A DNA stretch of 64,000 bases, from positions 1 through 64,000 of the forward strand of contig DAHWNL010000006.1 in assembly GCA_027339965.1 (NCBI GenBank), read 5' to 3'. The notes below the pieces were generated by a model. The model saw nothing but the letters and a program-made list of their open reading frames with translations. It made no database searches and was not told the DNA's origin. Origin of the DNA: Granulicella sp. GTDB taxonomy: Bacteria > Acidobacteriota > Terriglobia > Terriglobales > Acidobacteriaceae. Shown in pieces: positions 1 through 9,795 of the stretch. Made by a program: the position numbers and the translations under genes. Each line of letters starts with the position of its first letter. The stretch's first letter is position 1.

Positions 1-249
1 CGAAAGAAACTCTGCACCACGCGTCACCTTCGCGCACTTCTCACATCCTGCCGCCATCGCCAACCTCTGCTGCTGTTCCATCCCCGCTCACCTCGATGAT
101 TGCAAACTAGAACCATCGGACGGTGGAAACGTAAGAACTTACAGAGTCGCCCTAAGGCAAAGGCGCTGTCGCCTGGCCGCCGCTTGGAACGAAGCTGTGA
201 GCAAGGCATACGGCAACACCGGGAAAATCTGCTCGTACAGCCATTTAAT

Positions 250-906
250 TTACAGATGCCCGTACTTTTCCAAAGCCTTGAGCAACGGCAGGCCGGCAAT
301 GATCTCTGCCCGCGCTCCCGTCTCCGCCCGCGACCACTCGATGACTTTGGCTGTCACCTCCTCAAGCAGCGGCTCCGGAATCACAATCTGTCCATCGGCA
401 TCGCCCACCACGATCTCGCCCGGATGCACCGCGATCCACTCCTCCAAGCCGCCTCTTACCCGCACGGTTACTTGGGCCCCAGACACACGCCAGCGGCCAA
501 CGCCCTGCGCAGGCGTTCGATAGCGCGCCACCACAGGCATGGCAAACTCTTCCAGAAAGGCGGTATCACGCACGCCACCATCCACCACGGCGGCGGCGCA
601 TCCTCGGGCGCGCATGGCGCTGGCCAGCAGATCGCCAAAGCAGCAGATTCCCGCGGCGTCCTGGCCGGCCCAAACAGCCACCACCCCCGGCGGCATTCGG
701 TCAATCGCCTCCAGCTTGGCGCGATCGCCTCCCTCGAAGCGCTCCGTCTCGCCAGTGATCGTGTACGCCGGACCGGCAAAGGTTACAGCTCGCCCAACCG
801 GCCGCAGACTGGTATCCAGGATCGGCGGCGTCTTGCCCAGCGCGTCAAAGACATCCGCAACCGCCGCCGTGCCAGCAGCCTTCAAAACCTCCAAATCCGT
901 CTCCAT
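250..906 (-). CDS. RraA family protein / HMG-CHA aldolase-like
   Basis: 218 aa; motifs VADVFD, FAGPAYT, FGDLLA, VVDGGVRD and PGEIVVGDADG are typical of the RraA/HMG aldolase family; GGAG-type RBS upstream. Confidence 0.85.
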   Translation of the reverse strand: METDLEVLKAAGTAAVADVFDALGKTPPILDTSLRPVGRAVTFAGPAYTITGETERFEGGDRAKLEAIDRMPPGVVAVWAGQDAAGICCFGDLLASAMRARGCAAAVVDGGVRDTAFLEEFAMPVVARYRTPAQGVGRWRVSGAQVTVRVRGGLEEWIAVHPGEIVVGDADGQIVIPEPLLEEVTAKVIEWSRAETGARAEIIAGLPLLKALEKYGHL

Positions 907-1064
907 GGTTCTCCTCCCTCACCCATCTCAGCATAGACGCACCGCGGCCATCAGCACCCCAGGCCAAAGCTGGCAGCACGGGGAGGAACAGACTCAGCGC
1001 CGCAGCAACTGCGCCGGAAAGAGAGTGGATGCTGCGGATGCGTGAGAGACTGAGTGCAGAACGG

Positions 1065-2294
1065 ATGAATTTCTCTACGCGGACCAACTGGAACCTGGTT
1101 GAGCACGAACTGGCTGCGGCGGTGCGCCGCCGCCGCGCCGCAAAGCTTAAGCTGGCTGATCTTACCGTCTCCAACCCCACCCACTGCGGCTTTGCCTACG
1201 ATGCAGCCAGCATATTAGCGCCCCTGCACCACGCCGACGCGGTCGGCTATGAACCTGATCCGCTGGGCATGATGAAAGCCCGGCAAGCGGTGAGCGATTA
1301 CTACCGTGAGGCAGGGGCCAACGTGGCTCCGGAACAGATCTGCCTGACAACTAGCACCAGTGAGGCCTACAGCTTCCTGTTCCGTCTGCTGTGCAACCCC
1401 GGCGACGAGGTGCTGGCGGCTCGGCCCAGCTATCCGCTGTTTGATTACATTGCTCGCCTGGACGATGTGGAGCTACGAGAGTATCCGCTCTTCCATGATC
1501 CCAACGCCGCACACGCCATGAGATCGGATACCGGCGATGATCCGAGTTCAGACGCTGGTATCGACGCCGGTCAGGGCTGGTCCATCGACCTCCATGGCCT
1601 GCGCTCCGCCATCACCGATCGGACCCGAGCGATTCTGGTGGTACACCCGAACAATCCGACGGGCAACTACGTCTCCGCCGGCGAGCGCGAAGCTTTGCAG
1701 GCCATCTGCGCGCAGCGGGGATTGGCCCTTATCGTGGATGAGGTCTTTCGCGACTATCCTCTGGAGATAGCATCTCCAAGCTTCACGAACTCTCAGGCTA
1801 CGCAGCCCGGTTGCCTCACCTTTGTGCTCAGCGGCCTGAGCAAGGTCTGTGGCCTGCCACAGATGAAAGCCTCCTGGATCGTCGCCTGCGGCCCCGCGGA
1901 TCTATTGCATGGAGCCATGGAGCGCATTGAGGTGATCGCCGACACCTTTCTCTCCATGAACGCTCCGATCCAGCATGCCATGCCCGCATGGCTGGCCGCA
2001 CGGCATGGGCTGCAAGATCAGATCCGGCAGCGGATGCTGAGGAATCTGGAGTCGCTCGATCGTCGGCTGCGCGGAAGTTACGCCCAGAGGTTGGCGATGC
2101 AAGGCGGCTGGACAGCGGTGCTGCGCGTGCCGCGAACCGTGGGAGATCAAGATTTTTCTCTTGCGGCTCTGGAGCGCGGGGTGCTGGTGCAGCCGGGCGA
2201 GTTCTATGGCATGGGCCATGGGCGCGTGGTACTCAGCCTTTTGACTCCGCCCGGCCGGTGGGACGAAGGACTGGAACGGCTCCCCATCGATTGA
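1065..2294 (+). CDS. PLP-dependent aminotransferase class I/II
   Basis: NNPTG, LIVDEVF and SGLSK (PLP lysine) motifs; start chosen at ATG 1065 (ORF is open from 1029). Confidence 0.85.
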   Translation: MNFSTRTNWNLVEHELAAAVRRRRAAKLKLADLTVSNPTHCGFAYDAASILAPLHHADAVGYEPDPLGMMKARQAVSDYYREAGANVAPEQICLTTSTSEAYSFLFRLLCNPGDEVLAARPSYPLFDYIARLDDVELREYPLFHDPNAAHAMRSDTGDDPSSDAGIDAGQGWSIDLHGLRSAITDRTRAILVVHPNNPTGNYVSAGEREALQAICAQRGLALIVDEVFRDYPLEIASPSFTNSQATQPGCLTFVLSGLSKVCGLPQMKASWIVACGPADLLHGAMERIEVIADTFLSMNAPIQHAMPAWLAARHGLQDQIRQRMLRNLESLDRRLRGSYAQRLAMQGGWTAVLRVPRTVGDQDFSLAALERGVLVQPGEFYGMGHGRVVLSLLTPPGRWDEGLERLPID

Positions 2295-2367
2295 TCGCTG
2301 CATGGCGGTCAACTGCTGCAGGCAAACGTCGGGTCGTCGGACTCCTGCTTCTCGTAGAAGCCATGCG

Positions 2368-5300
2368 CTACGGAGCCAGAGCCAGTGAGGTATGGACCAC
2401 ATTCCATCCCCGCAACTTGAGGCGGAGCCGACGATTTGCATCTGCAGCAGAAAGATCGATGGTCACAGTCCGCTCTTCCCCCGGCAGCAAGGAGATGTAG
2501 TTGTCGCTGTAAAAGGCGGGCAGAATCTCAGCGCTGTTCGACTCTCTGAAAACGCCGAGTTTGACGTTCAGCGCCGGAATTGAACCCTCATTCTTCAGCC
2601 GCACCTGAATTCTTTGCTCCTCGGGTGCATCCGCTCCCGGGACTCGTTGAGCCTCAAGCGTGACCTGCGCGGGAGCCAGCGTATTGAGCGCCCGATACCC
2701 GGCATCGGATGCGGCGCGCCAGTAGAAGTTCTGCGAGAGTAAAGCGCCGTCGCTGGCATAGAGCCACAGCTTCACGAAGACGGTGGAATCTCCCATCAGC
2801 GGATCGAGCGCAAGCTGCATGGCGGAAGTTACATTGTCGGATCCCGCATTCAGCGTCACCTCCCGCTGCAGCAGCAGTTTTCCTTGCAGCCCATACACGT
2901 TGGCCTCAACCATTACCTGATGGAGCGGATTCCGTGTTGTATCCACCACCTGCACCTGGTTGTTGGCCGGGTCCAGTTGCACATGGATCGGCTCGCATGC
3001 CAGCTTGGTTCCGTAGTAGGACGCCTGGGTGTCTCCGTCGGAGGTAAGAATGCCCCACAGCATGCTGGGCCACGAGGGCTGCGTCATCCAGAGCAGCCGG
3101 CCGGTATTTGGACTCCACAGCTTGGCATTGAATCCTTCAAAGAGCGCGCGGAAGTCCACATAGTTCATCATCTGCGCCTCGCGCACGTACTGGCGCAGGC
3201 TATTTGCCGCGCCAAACTCTTTCTCCATGGTGCGGGTGAAAGCGCTGTACGGATGCCAGTTGTGGTAAGCCCAGTCGTCGGAGATGGGCCAGCGATCGGC
3301 ACGCGGAAGCCAGCGGCCGAACCATTCCAGAGTGGGCAGGGATGGGATTCCCACCTCCACTGCAAACCCCTGATCCAAGGTAGAGTAATAATCCGCCGGC
3401 GGCTCATAAGAGTACGGACCGCTGGGCAAAAGATTGATCTGATTCGACGAGGGTGAGTAGTAGCGGGTGCCGTCCAGAGTGTGCGTCAGCTCTATCAGGC
3501 CCTGATTGATGATGGGCTGCGGCACGCCTTCGTTTCGTCCACACCACATCGCGATGGAGGGATGGTTGCGAAAGCGCAGAATCGTATCCTTGGCGTTCGC
3601 CAGGAAGAGCTGCGGATCTTCCGCTTCCGCGTTCGAGTCGCCCGTCACCTCCCAGAAGTCGTTCCACACGAGCATGCCGTACTCGTCGGCCAGAACGTAA
3701 AACGTCTCCTCGGTGTTCTGTCCCTGCCAATTGCGGATGATGTTGAGATGGGCATCGCGTTCATATCGGAAGAAGGGCTCCAGCCGTGTGCGTGAGACTC
3801 GCTTCCGGGAGTCGTCCATCCCCCAGCTTCCGCCTCGGATGGCAATGGGCACACCGTTGACCAGAATGGAGAGATACGGCGTCGCGCGCGTATCGGTCAG
3901 AGCATGGAAAGCCGGTGAGTTGTCGTCGCCAGCGGCAATCGAAGCGGCCCATCCCCCGGGGACCTGACGCATGCCGTCGTGGGTAACGTCTACCTGCGGC
4001 ATGGCGTCTTTGCGGCCCAGCGTAGGGTCGTACACGACGCGGCGCAAGTCGCCGTGATGATCCAACAGGCTGATTGCGTACGTAATCTCGCGCACTCCAA
4101 AACGGAGGCTCTTCACGCTGGGAGGCTCTCCGGCCGCGGTGAATGTGGTGGTCAGGCGATACAGGTTGGGTTTGCCGTAACCATTGGGCCACCAGAGCCG
4201 TGGATGCTCCATGTGCAAGGCCGGGAACTCCGTGGGCGATAGATGCACCGTGACGCCCCCCGGAGGAACCGTCACACGCTTGTGAACCTCCACGCTCCCA
4301 AACTGAGCTGTAAGCATGCCGGTGACGGCCTTAGCGGAGTGATTTTCCAAAGGGATGTTGAGGGTGATATCAGCCTGCGTGGTGTCGGGCAATGGAAGCT
4401 GCGTAATCACCTGCTGATCGCCGATGGAGACCGGACCGGAAGCCAGCAGATGCACTTCTTGCCACAACCCCGTGTCTCGGTCGCGCATGGGAGGGTTCCA
4501 GTCCCATCCCTCAGTCGCCAGAAAGGTGGGGCCATCCAACTCCATGGCTCCGCCATTCAACCCGGATCCCAATGCGATGGACTGAACATTCGGGATACCC
4601 GGATGCGGTACAGGAGAGATCAAAATTGCCAGAGCGTTCTCCCCGTGAGCCTGAAGAAGATCGGTTACGTCAAAGAATCCACGGAGGAAGGCTCCCGTCA
4701 TCTCACCCAGGTTGTGGCCGTTGAACCAGACATGGGCGTGGTAGTTGATGCCGTCCAGGAGCAAACGCTCCTGCATACGGCCGCGCAATGGAGGCGCCTT
4801 GAATTCGACACGGTACCAGTAGCTCTGCCGGTTCAGCTTCTCCGGGATGTCGAGATTGTTCAGTCCGTAGTAAGGATCCGGAAAGACACCGCGCCGGATC
4901 ATGGTGGTCAGCACCGTACCCGGCACGGTTGCCGCCATCCATCCGGCGGTGCTGAATCCCGGTGTGGAGATCGCCTGTGGCGAGGCAGCGACATTTGCGG
5001 CAACCGTAAGCTTCCAGCCTCCGCGCAACGTCCAACTGCCGGGCGAATCCGGCACCAGGGTTGTTGTTGCGGGGGGCGCGGGCTCCACGACCGGCTGGCT
5101 AAAAGGAGCATTCTGTTTCGGCATCGTCCATGGCGGCTGAGGTGCGGTGTTGCCGGCATATTGGACGACCTGGAGCGGCCATGGTTTGGAGCCCTCTTCA
5201 AACTCGATCAGATCCTGTTGCGGCTTCTCCTGCGCCATGGCCGCCATGCGCTCGGAGGAGAGAACACTGCGGGCGAGCGTGAACTCCGCAATGTATCCAC

Positions 5301-5889
5301 CGAAATGAGGCGTGGGAGAAGCGCCGGAGGTTTCCACGGGAGCCAGCATCAACTGCGGGGCAATGGAGGCCATCTTCAACGCGCCCTGCGCCTGCTCCAC
5401 GCCGTCGATATAGAAGCGAGTGATGACGCCGTCAAAGGTTGCCGCCAGAAGATGCCATTCCCGACGGGGCAGTGGTTTGCCCGCGACCAGTTGCTCGTTG
5501 CTTCCCGTCCGGAAGGCCGGCTTCCCGTCCGCGAGGGCGAAGAAGCGGTAGTCCTCGGAAAAGGGATCGCCGGCACCCGCGATCCAGACCGTGGAGGGGG
5601 TGGCGGAGGAGAGTTTGATCCAGGCAGAAAGCGTCCATGGAGCGGATGCCTGGAGAATCGGGTCGCGATCCGGCAAGGATTCGGTCAGTCCCCTACCCCC
5701 TGCCAGAATGTGCGCGTTGTAGGGCCCATACTGCTGGAGAGGCAGGAATGGCGGGCGAAGATGCAACGCGGGAACACGGATCGGTTGCGCTGACTGAGCG
5801 GAGGAGCCTATAGGCAAAGCCATGGCGACAAGAAATGGCAAAGCCGCAACACGAAGCCGCCGTACGCCTGAGCGGGGGAACATTCTCAT
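2368..5889 (-). CDS. Secreted GH2 glycoside hydrolase (beta-mannosidase-like) with N-terminal LamG-like domain
   Basis: Signal-peptide-like N-terminus; LamG-like segment (WTLSAWIK...WHLLAATFDG...FYIDG); GWDW, CGRNEG and FAVEVG GH2 motifs; start uncertain (5883, 5889 or 6006). Confidence 0.85.
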   Translation of the reverse strand: MRMFPRSGVRRLRVAALPFLVAMALPIGSSAQSAQPIRVPALHLRPPFLPLQQYGPYNAHILAGGRGLTESLPDRDPILQASAPWTLSAWIKLSSATPSTVWIAGAGDPFSEDYRFFALADGKPAFRTGSNEQLVAGKPLPRREWHLLAATFDGVITRFYIDGVEQAQGALKMASIAPQLMLAPVETSGASPTPHFGGYIAEFTLARSVLSSERMAAMAQEKPQQDLIEFEEGSKPWPLQVVQYAGNTAPQPPWTMPKQNAPFSQPVVEPAPPATTTLVPDSPGSWTLRGGWKLTVAANVAASPQAISTPGFSTAGWMAATVPGTVLTTMIRRGVFPDPYYGLNNLDIPEKLNRQSYWYRVEFKAPPLRGRMQERLLLDGINYHAHVWFNGHNLGEMTGAFLRGFFDVTDLLQAHGENALAILISPVPHPGIPNVQSIALGSGLNGGAMELDGPTFLATEGWDWNPPMRDRDTGLWQEVHLLASGPVSIGDQQVITQLPLPDTTQADITLNIPLENHSAKAVTGMLTAQFGSVEVHKRVTVPPGGVTVHLSPTEFPALHMEHPRLWWPNGYGKPNLYRLTTTFTAAGEPPSVKSLRFGVREITYAISLLDHHGDLRRVVYDPTLGRKDAMPQVDVTHDGMRQVPGGWAASIAAGDDNSPAFHALTDTRATPYLSILVNGVPIAIRGGSWGMDDSRKRVSRTRLEPFFRYERDAHLNIIRNWQGQNTEETFYVLADEYGMLVWNDFWEVTGDSNAEAEDPQLFLANAKDTILRFRNHPSIAMWCGRNEGVPQPIINQGLIELTHTLDGTRYYSPSSNQINLLPSGPYSYEPPADYYSTLDQGFAVEVGIPSLPTLEWFGRWLPRADRWPISDDWAYHNWHPYSAFTRTMEKEFGAANSLRQYVREAQMMNYVDFRALFEGFNAKLWSPNTGRLLWMTQPSWPSMLWGILTSDGDTQASYYGTKLACEPIHVQLDPANNQVQVVDTTRNPLHQVMVEANVYGLQGKLLLQREVTLNAGSDNVTSAMQLALDPLMGDSTVFVKLWLYASDGALLSQNFYWRAASDAGYRALNTLAPAQVTLEAQRVPGADAPEEQRIQVRLKNEGSIPALNVKLGVFRESNSAEILPAFYSDNYISLLPGEERTVTIDLSAADANRRLRLKLRGWNVVHTSLALAP

Positions 5890-6147
5890 GACACTCCTGA
5901 GCGAAGAAGCATGTTCTAAGTGGCCTTGCGCCGCCTCAGGCTGGACTCCTGAAGCAGGGGATGTAAAGCAGTGGTCGGACAGGCTCCTGAACAGAGCAGC
6001 CTGCAAACTCTATCCCAAAGGAGAGCCGCCGTAAACAAAGCCTACCGCACCAGCCGCCGGCGGGCACGGCTCAACCAACAAAAACAGAAACCAACAACCC
6101 TGAGAAATGGGATTCTACAAAAAATTCGGACTTGACTTGCGGCAACC

Positions 6148-6780
6148 CTATAACCCCTTGAGAAACGGGTTCTGCGCGCGCTCGGTTCCCATGGTGGTCG
6201 CCGGGCCATGGCCGGGAATCACTACAGTCGGATCGGGCAGGGGCAGAAGACGCCGGCGCAGGCTGTTGAGCAGCTTGTCCATGTTGCCCCCGGGCAGATC
6301 GGTGCGGCCAACGCTGCCGGCGAAGAGCGTGTCTCCAGCCAGCAGCAGGTTATGCTCCGGAAGATAGAGGCAAAGGCTGCCTTCCGTATGCCCGGGCGTG
6401 AAGATGATCTTGCCATCCAGGCCCTGGACACCGATCGCTTCCTCATCCTTGGGGGAGTGATCCGGCGCGAGCACAGTAGGAGGCGGCACGCCGAGCCACC
6501 CGGCCTGGATATCCATCATCGCCACGAGCGGCAGATCAGCCTGGTTGTAAAGGACCGGCGCTCCGGTGATCTCTTTGAGGGTTTGGGCACTGGCAATATG
6601 GTCGATATGCGCATGGGTGACAAAAATCACCTTGACCGTCAACTGATGCTTGGCCAGCAGGGCCAGAATCCTGGGAACCTCATCGCCGGGATCGACAACA
6701 ATGGCTTCCTGAGAGGTCTCATCCCCCAGAATGGTGCAGTTGCAGCCGAGCAAGCCCACCGACAACGTTTCGCGAATCAT
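6148..6780 (-). CDS. MBL-fold metallo-hydrolase (glyoxalase II/YcbL-like)
   Basis: THAHIDH, TPGHTEG, GDTLF and PGHG motifs. Confidence 0.9.
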   Translation of the reverse strand: MIRETLSVGLLGCNCTILGDETSQEAIVVDPGDEVPRILALLAKHQLTVKVIFVTHAHIDHIASAQTLKEITGAPVLYNQADLPLVAMMDIQAGWLGVPPPTVLAPDHSPKDEEAIGVQGLDGKIIFTPGHTEGSLCLYLPEHNLLLAGDTLFAGSVGRTDLPGGNMDKLLNSLRRRLLPLPDPTVVIPGHGPATTMGTERAQNPFLKGL

Positions 6781-7049
6781 TGGCGGGCTCCCTTTGCCTG
6801 AGCTCTCTTCGAAAGGCCCGGATCACTCAGGCCCGGTATATGGCAAGCATGTCTTGGGACAGGAGAGCCCTCCAGGCCAGGCCTGCCGCGACGCACTGGC
6901 AGGGTGGCAGCTTCACTGCGGTACAGCGACCCACAGCCGCCAGCAGAAAGCGAGGGTGTCATAGCGAGCATCAGAGTTCGAGACGCTGGAGCCGCTGCAG
7001 AGCCGAGGGCGGCGGGCAAAAGCGGGAAGAATGTAGTCGAAGATCAGGC

Positions 7050-7340
7050 TTACTTCTTGGCGGGAGCGGAGTCGCTCTGCATACCGGAGAGCACCGAGCG
7101 GTTCTTGCTGCTATGCGACATGGAGATGGTCAGGGCGATCGAGGTCAGCATGAAGATAATCGCCGACCAGGTGGTCAGCCGGGTGAGCAGATTGGCCGCG
7201 CCACGTGGTCCAAAGGCGGTCTGCGAGCCCTGCCCGCCAAAAGCGCCCGCGAGATCTGCCGACTTGCCCTGTTGAACGAGCACCACGACGATCAGAAAGA
7301 AGCAGACAATGACGTGCAGAATGACCAGAAGAATGAACAT
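7050..7340 (-). CDS. secG: Preprotein translocase subunit SecG
   Basis: 96 aa; two TM helices flanking [17 protein letters not shown]...LLTRLT. Confidence 0.95.
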   Translation of the reverse strand: MFILLVILHVIVCFFLIVVVLVQQGKSADLAGAFGGQGSQTAFGPRGAANLLTRLTTWSAIIFMLTSIALTISMSHSSKNRSVLSGMQSDSAPAKK

Positions 7341-7498
7341 AATCGAAACAGTAACCTTGGCGACCGCATAGGCGGCGAAGTGATAGTGGTCGGACGAGGG
7401 AGGGAATACTCCCTGCTCAGAACGGCTCTTTCCTGAGCGCCGGAACCTAAGTGCATCTATGAGTGTATCATCCGTCGCCCGGACGGGTGTGTCAAAGG

Positions 7499-7861
7499 CT
7501 AGAACGCGTTGCAGGCTGAGTCCTGATCCGGGTGGATCGAGGTGTAGCGGGTAATGCCAACCATCGTGAAGACCTTCTGGAAGTGAGGACTAAGCCCGAA
7601 GCTGCGAATGATTCTGCCGTGTTTACTGGCCGCAATCAGCATCTGAATGACCAAGGCAATGCCGCTGGAGTTCAAATACTCCACCTTGGAAAAATCCAGA
7701 AGAATGCGCCGAGTCGTCTCCGACAGACCCTCGTAGGTGCCCAGAATGGCGGGCTGAGAAGCGCTGGTAATATCGCCGGCAAAACGCAGGATGGTAATAG
7801 GGCCATCCCCGGTCGGAGCCGCAAGCTCTTCAATGCTGACGCGAGTAACCTGCTCTGGCAT
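7499..7861 (-). CDS. STAS-domain anti-sigma factor antagonist (RsbV/SpoIIAA-like)
   Basis: [16 protein letters not shown] phospho-serine motif; last gene of the PP2C-PP2C-RsbW cluster. Confidence 0.9.
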   Translation of the reverse strand: MPEQVTRVSIEELAAPTGDGPITILRFAGDITSASQPAILGTYEGLSETTRRILLDFSKVEYLNSSGIALVIQMLIAASKHGRIIRSFGLSPHFQKVFTMVGITRYTSIHPDQDSACNAF

Positions 7862-7961
7862 GGGAGTCTCCAATCTTGATGATTGTACCTTCTGTGAGAT
7901 GGCCGGCTGGAGAGTTGACCATGGAGCCGGCGGCCAGGCCCGGTTTGGAAACGTCCAGAAG

Positions 7962-8474
7962 CTAGCGCTCCGGACGCAGATGAATCACCATACGTGCGTA
8001 ACTGCCGGCAGGCGGAGAACTGACCCATTCGGCCTCGTCGACCAGAGCCTGGATGAGGAACATGCCCATGCCGCGGGCTTCCTCCTGTTCATGCATCTTT
8101 TTGTCGATATCGTGCGCAGCAGCGGTTTCGCTTCCAGAGCGGGAGGGCCCCTCGCCCGTGTCAGTGACCTTGACCTCCAGGGAGCCCGCATCCATCGAGA
8201 GAATGACCCCCACGCTGAGGGAGTCGTCAAACCTGTTGCCGTGCTCCATGGCGTTGATGCAGGCTTCGGCCACGGCAGTCTTCAGGTCTTCGACGCGTTC
8301 ATCACAGAAACCCATCAGGTGGGCCACGCTAGCCGCGGCGCTCATCGCCACCTTCTCATATCCCAAGCGCGATGGAAGGCGCAGCTCAATCGTGTGGCTG
8401 GCGGACCGCTCGCCGGTTGACCCGCCGGCGGCGCGAGTTTGGGCTCCGTTGCTGGTTCGTTTATCCAAGACCAT
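7962..8474 (-). CDS. RsbW-like anti-sigma factor Ser kinase (HATPase_c)
   Basis: AVAEACINAMEHGN, VTDTGEG and RGMGMFLI (N, G1, G2 boxes); ATG 8474 has AGGAGG and overlaps the upstream stop. Confidence 0.9.
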   Translation of the reverse strand: MVLDKRTSNGAQTRAAGGSTGERSASHTIELRLPSRLGYEKVAMSAAASVAHLMGFCDERVEDLKTAVAEACINAMEHGNRFDDSLSVGVILSMDAGSLEVKVTDTGEGPSRSGSETAAAHDIDKKMHEQEEARGMGMFLIQALVDEAEWVSSPPAGSYARMVIHLRPER

Positions 8475-9780
8475 CCTCCTTTTGCCCTTCCGGAGTGCGG
8501 GAAACACTGCCATCCCCGGCCCGATCTGTCCGGCGCAGCACCAAGGCTGTCATATCGTCGGACTGTTCCTGATCGCCGAAGCGGCCGATGGCAGACCAGA
8601 TGGCATCGAGAGTCTGCTCTGGAGTTGCTAGTGCGGAACAGTTGAGAAATGTTTTCAGGAGCCGATCTTCGCCGAACTCCTCATCCCGGCCTCCGTTCTC
8701 TCCCGAACGAAAGACCTCCGTCATGCCGTCGGTGTAAAGCAGCAGGCGGGCGCCCTGAGGGAAGGGAAACACATCGACCGAATAGGTGCTGAAGGGGAGC
8801 ACTCCGATCGGAGTGCCGGACGCATCGATCTTCCGCACGGATGGCTCGCCTTGGCCGGCGAGGTCTTCCGCGAGAAGGAGAAACCCTGGATTATGCCCCG
8901 CATTGACCACCTGCATGCAGTGGCTCTCCGGATCCAACTGCGCGAAGATCGCCGTTACGTAGCGCCGTCTGGACTGCTCCCCCTCCGCAAAATGCAGCGA
9001 GTTCATGCGCGTGGCTATCTCCAGCAGACCCAAACCGGCGTTGACCATCGCGCGGAAGGCAGAGCGGAAACTGGTGCCCACCAGCGCCGAGGCAAGCCCT
9101 TTGCCGGCGACATCGGCCACGACCACGGTGATGCATCTGGAGGGGGTGGGCACGATGTCCAGATAATCGCCCCCTACCTCGTAACAAGTGACCGAACGCA
9201 TAGCCATACTGTAACCAGGTATCTGCGGCATCTGCTGCGGCAGCAGGCTACGCTGGACCTGCCGGGCAGAAGCCAGATCGCTCTCCACGCGCTGCCATTG
9301 CACCGTCCGCTCATGGAAGCGCGCATTCTCGATGGCCACGGAGGCCTGCAAAACCAGGCTCTCAATGAAGTCCATCTCGTCCAGCCCTAAGGTGCGGCGC
9401 TGCGGGGGAAGCACCACCAGATCCGTGAACGCAACTCCCCCCTTGTCGAGGAGGGGAAATCGGATCCACTGCCCGCCGCTCTCTGCAGAATCGAGATCCG
9501 AAGCCGGCGCATAGACGCGGCCCGCTGCATCCTGCATCACGCTAAGGGCCTGGCGCAGATCTTCCGGGACGTCGCCATAGCGATTTGGAAAACTGGTGAA
9601 GAATGCCCCCGACAGCTCCAGTTCGCGCACCACAATCTGCAGCACCGTATCCAGCACCTTCTCCAGGGCGATCGTGGAATGAATCTGCCGGCTGGCTTCG
9701 AGCAGGGCCTGCAGACGCACCACCTGCTGCTGCGCAAAGAGCGCCTCATCCTGGTCGTTCGTGGCTGGAACGTCGGGCAT
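8461..9780 (-). CDS. SpoIIE/RsbU-like PP2C phosphatase with N-terminal GAF-like region
   Basis: VGGDYLD, ADVAGKG, NAGH, YTDG and DDMT PP2C motifs; QASVAIENARF GAF-terminal helix. Confidence 0.9.
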   Translation of the reverse strand: MPDVPATNDQDEALFAQQQVVRLQALLEASRQIHSTIALEKVLDTVLQIVVRELELSGAFFTSFPNRYGDVPEDLRQALSVMQDAAGRVYAPASDLDSAESGGQWIRFPLLDKGGVAFTDLVVLPPQRRTLGLDEMDFIESLVLQASVAIENARFHERTVQWQRVESDLASARQVQRSLLPQQMPQIPGYSMAMRSVTCYEVGGDYLDIVPTPSRCITVVVADVAGKGLASALVGTSFRSAFRAMVNAGLGLLEIATRMNSLHFAEGEQSRRRYVTAIFAQLDPESHCMQVVNAGHNPGFLLLAEDLAGQGEPSVRKIDASGTPIGVLPFSTYSVDVFPFPQGARLLLYTDGMTEVFRSGENGGRDEEFGEDRLLKTFLNCSALATPEQTLDAIWSAIGRFGDQEQSDDMTALVLRRTDRAGDGSVSRTPEGQKEDGLG

Positions 9781-9795
9781 GTCCGTGATCCTAGT

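Noticed and set aside
1065..2294. Aminotransferase as the tyrosine transaminase for the hmgA operon
   Set aside because: It is more than 12 kb away on the opposite strand, with no substrate evidence
4243..5793. Long antisense ORFs (also 34029-35423, 45302-46669, 50142-52244, 61840-63153)
   Set aside because: They are shadows of well-supported opposite-strand genes in high-GC DNA and have no motifs
6777..7019. 80-aa ORF or ncRNA between secG and the MBL hydrolase
   Set aside because: No recognisable protein motif, tRNA cloverleaf or RNA family
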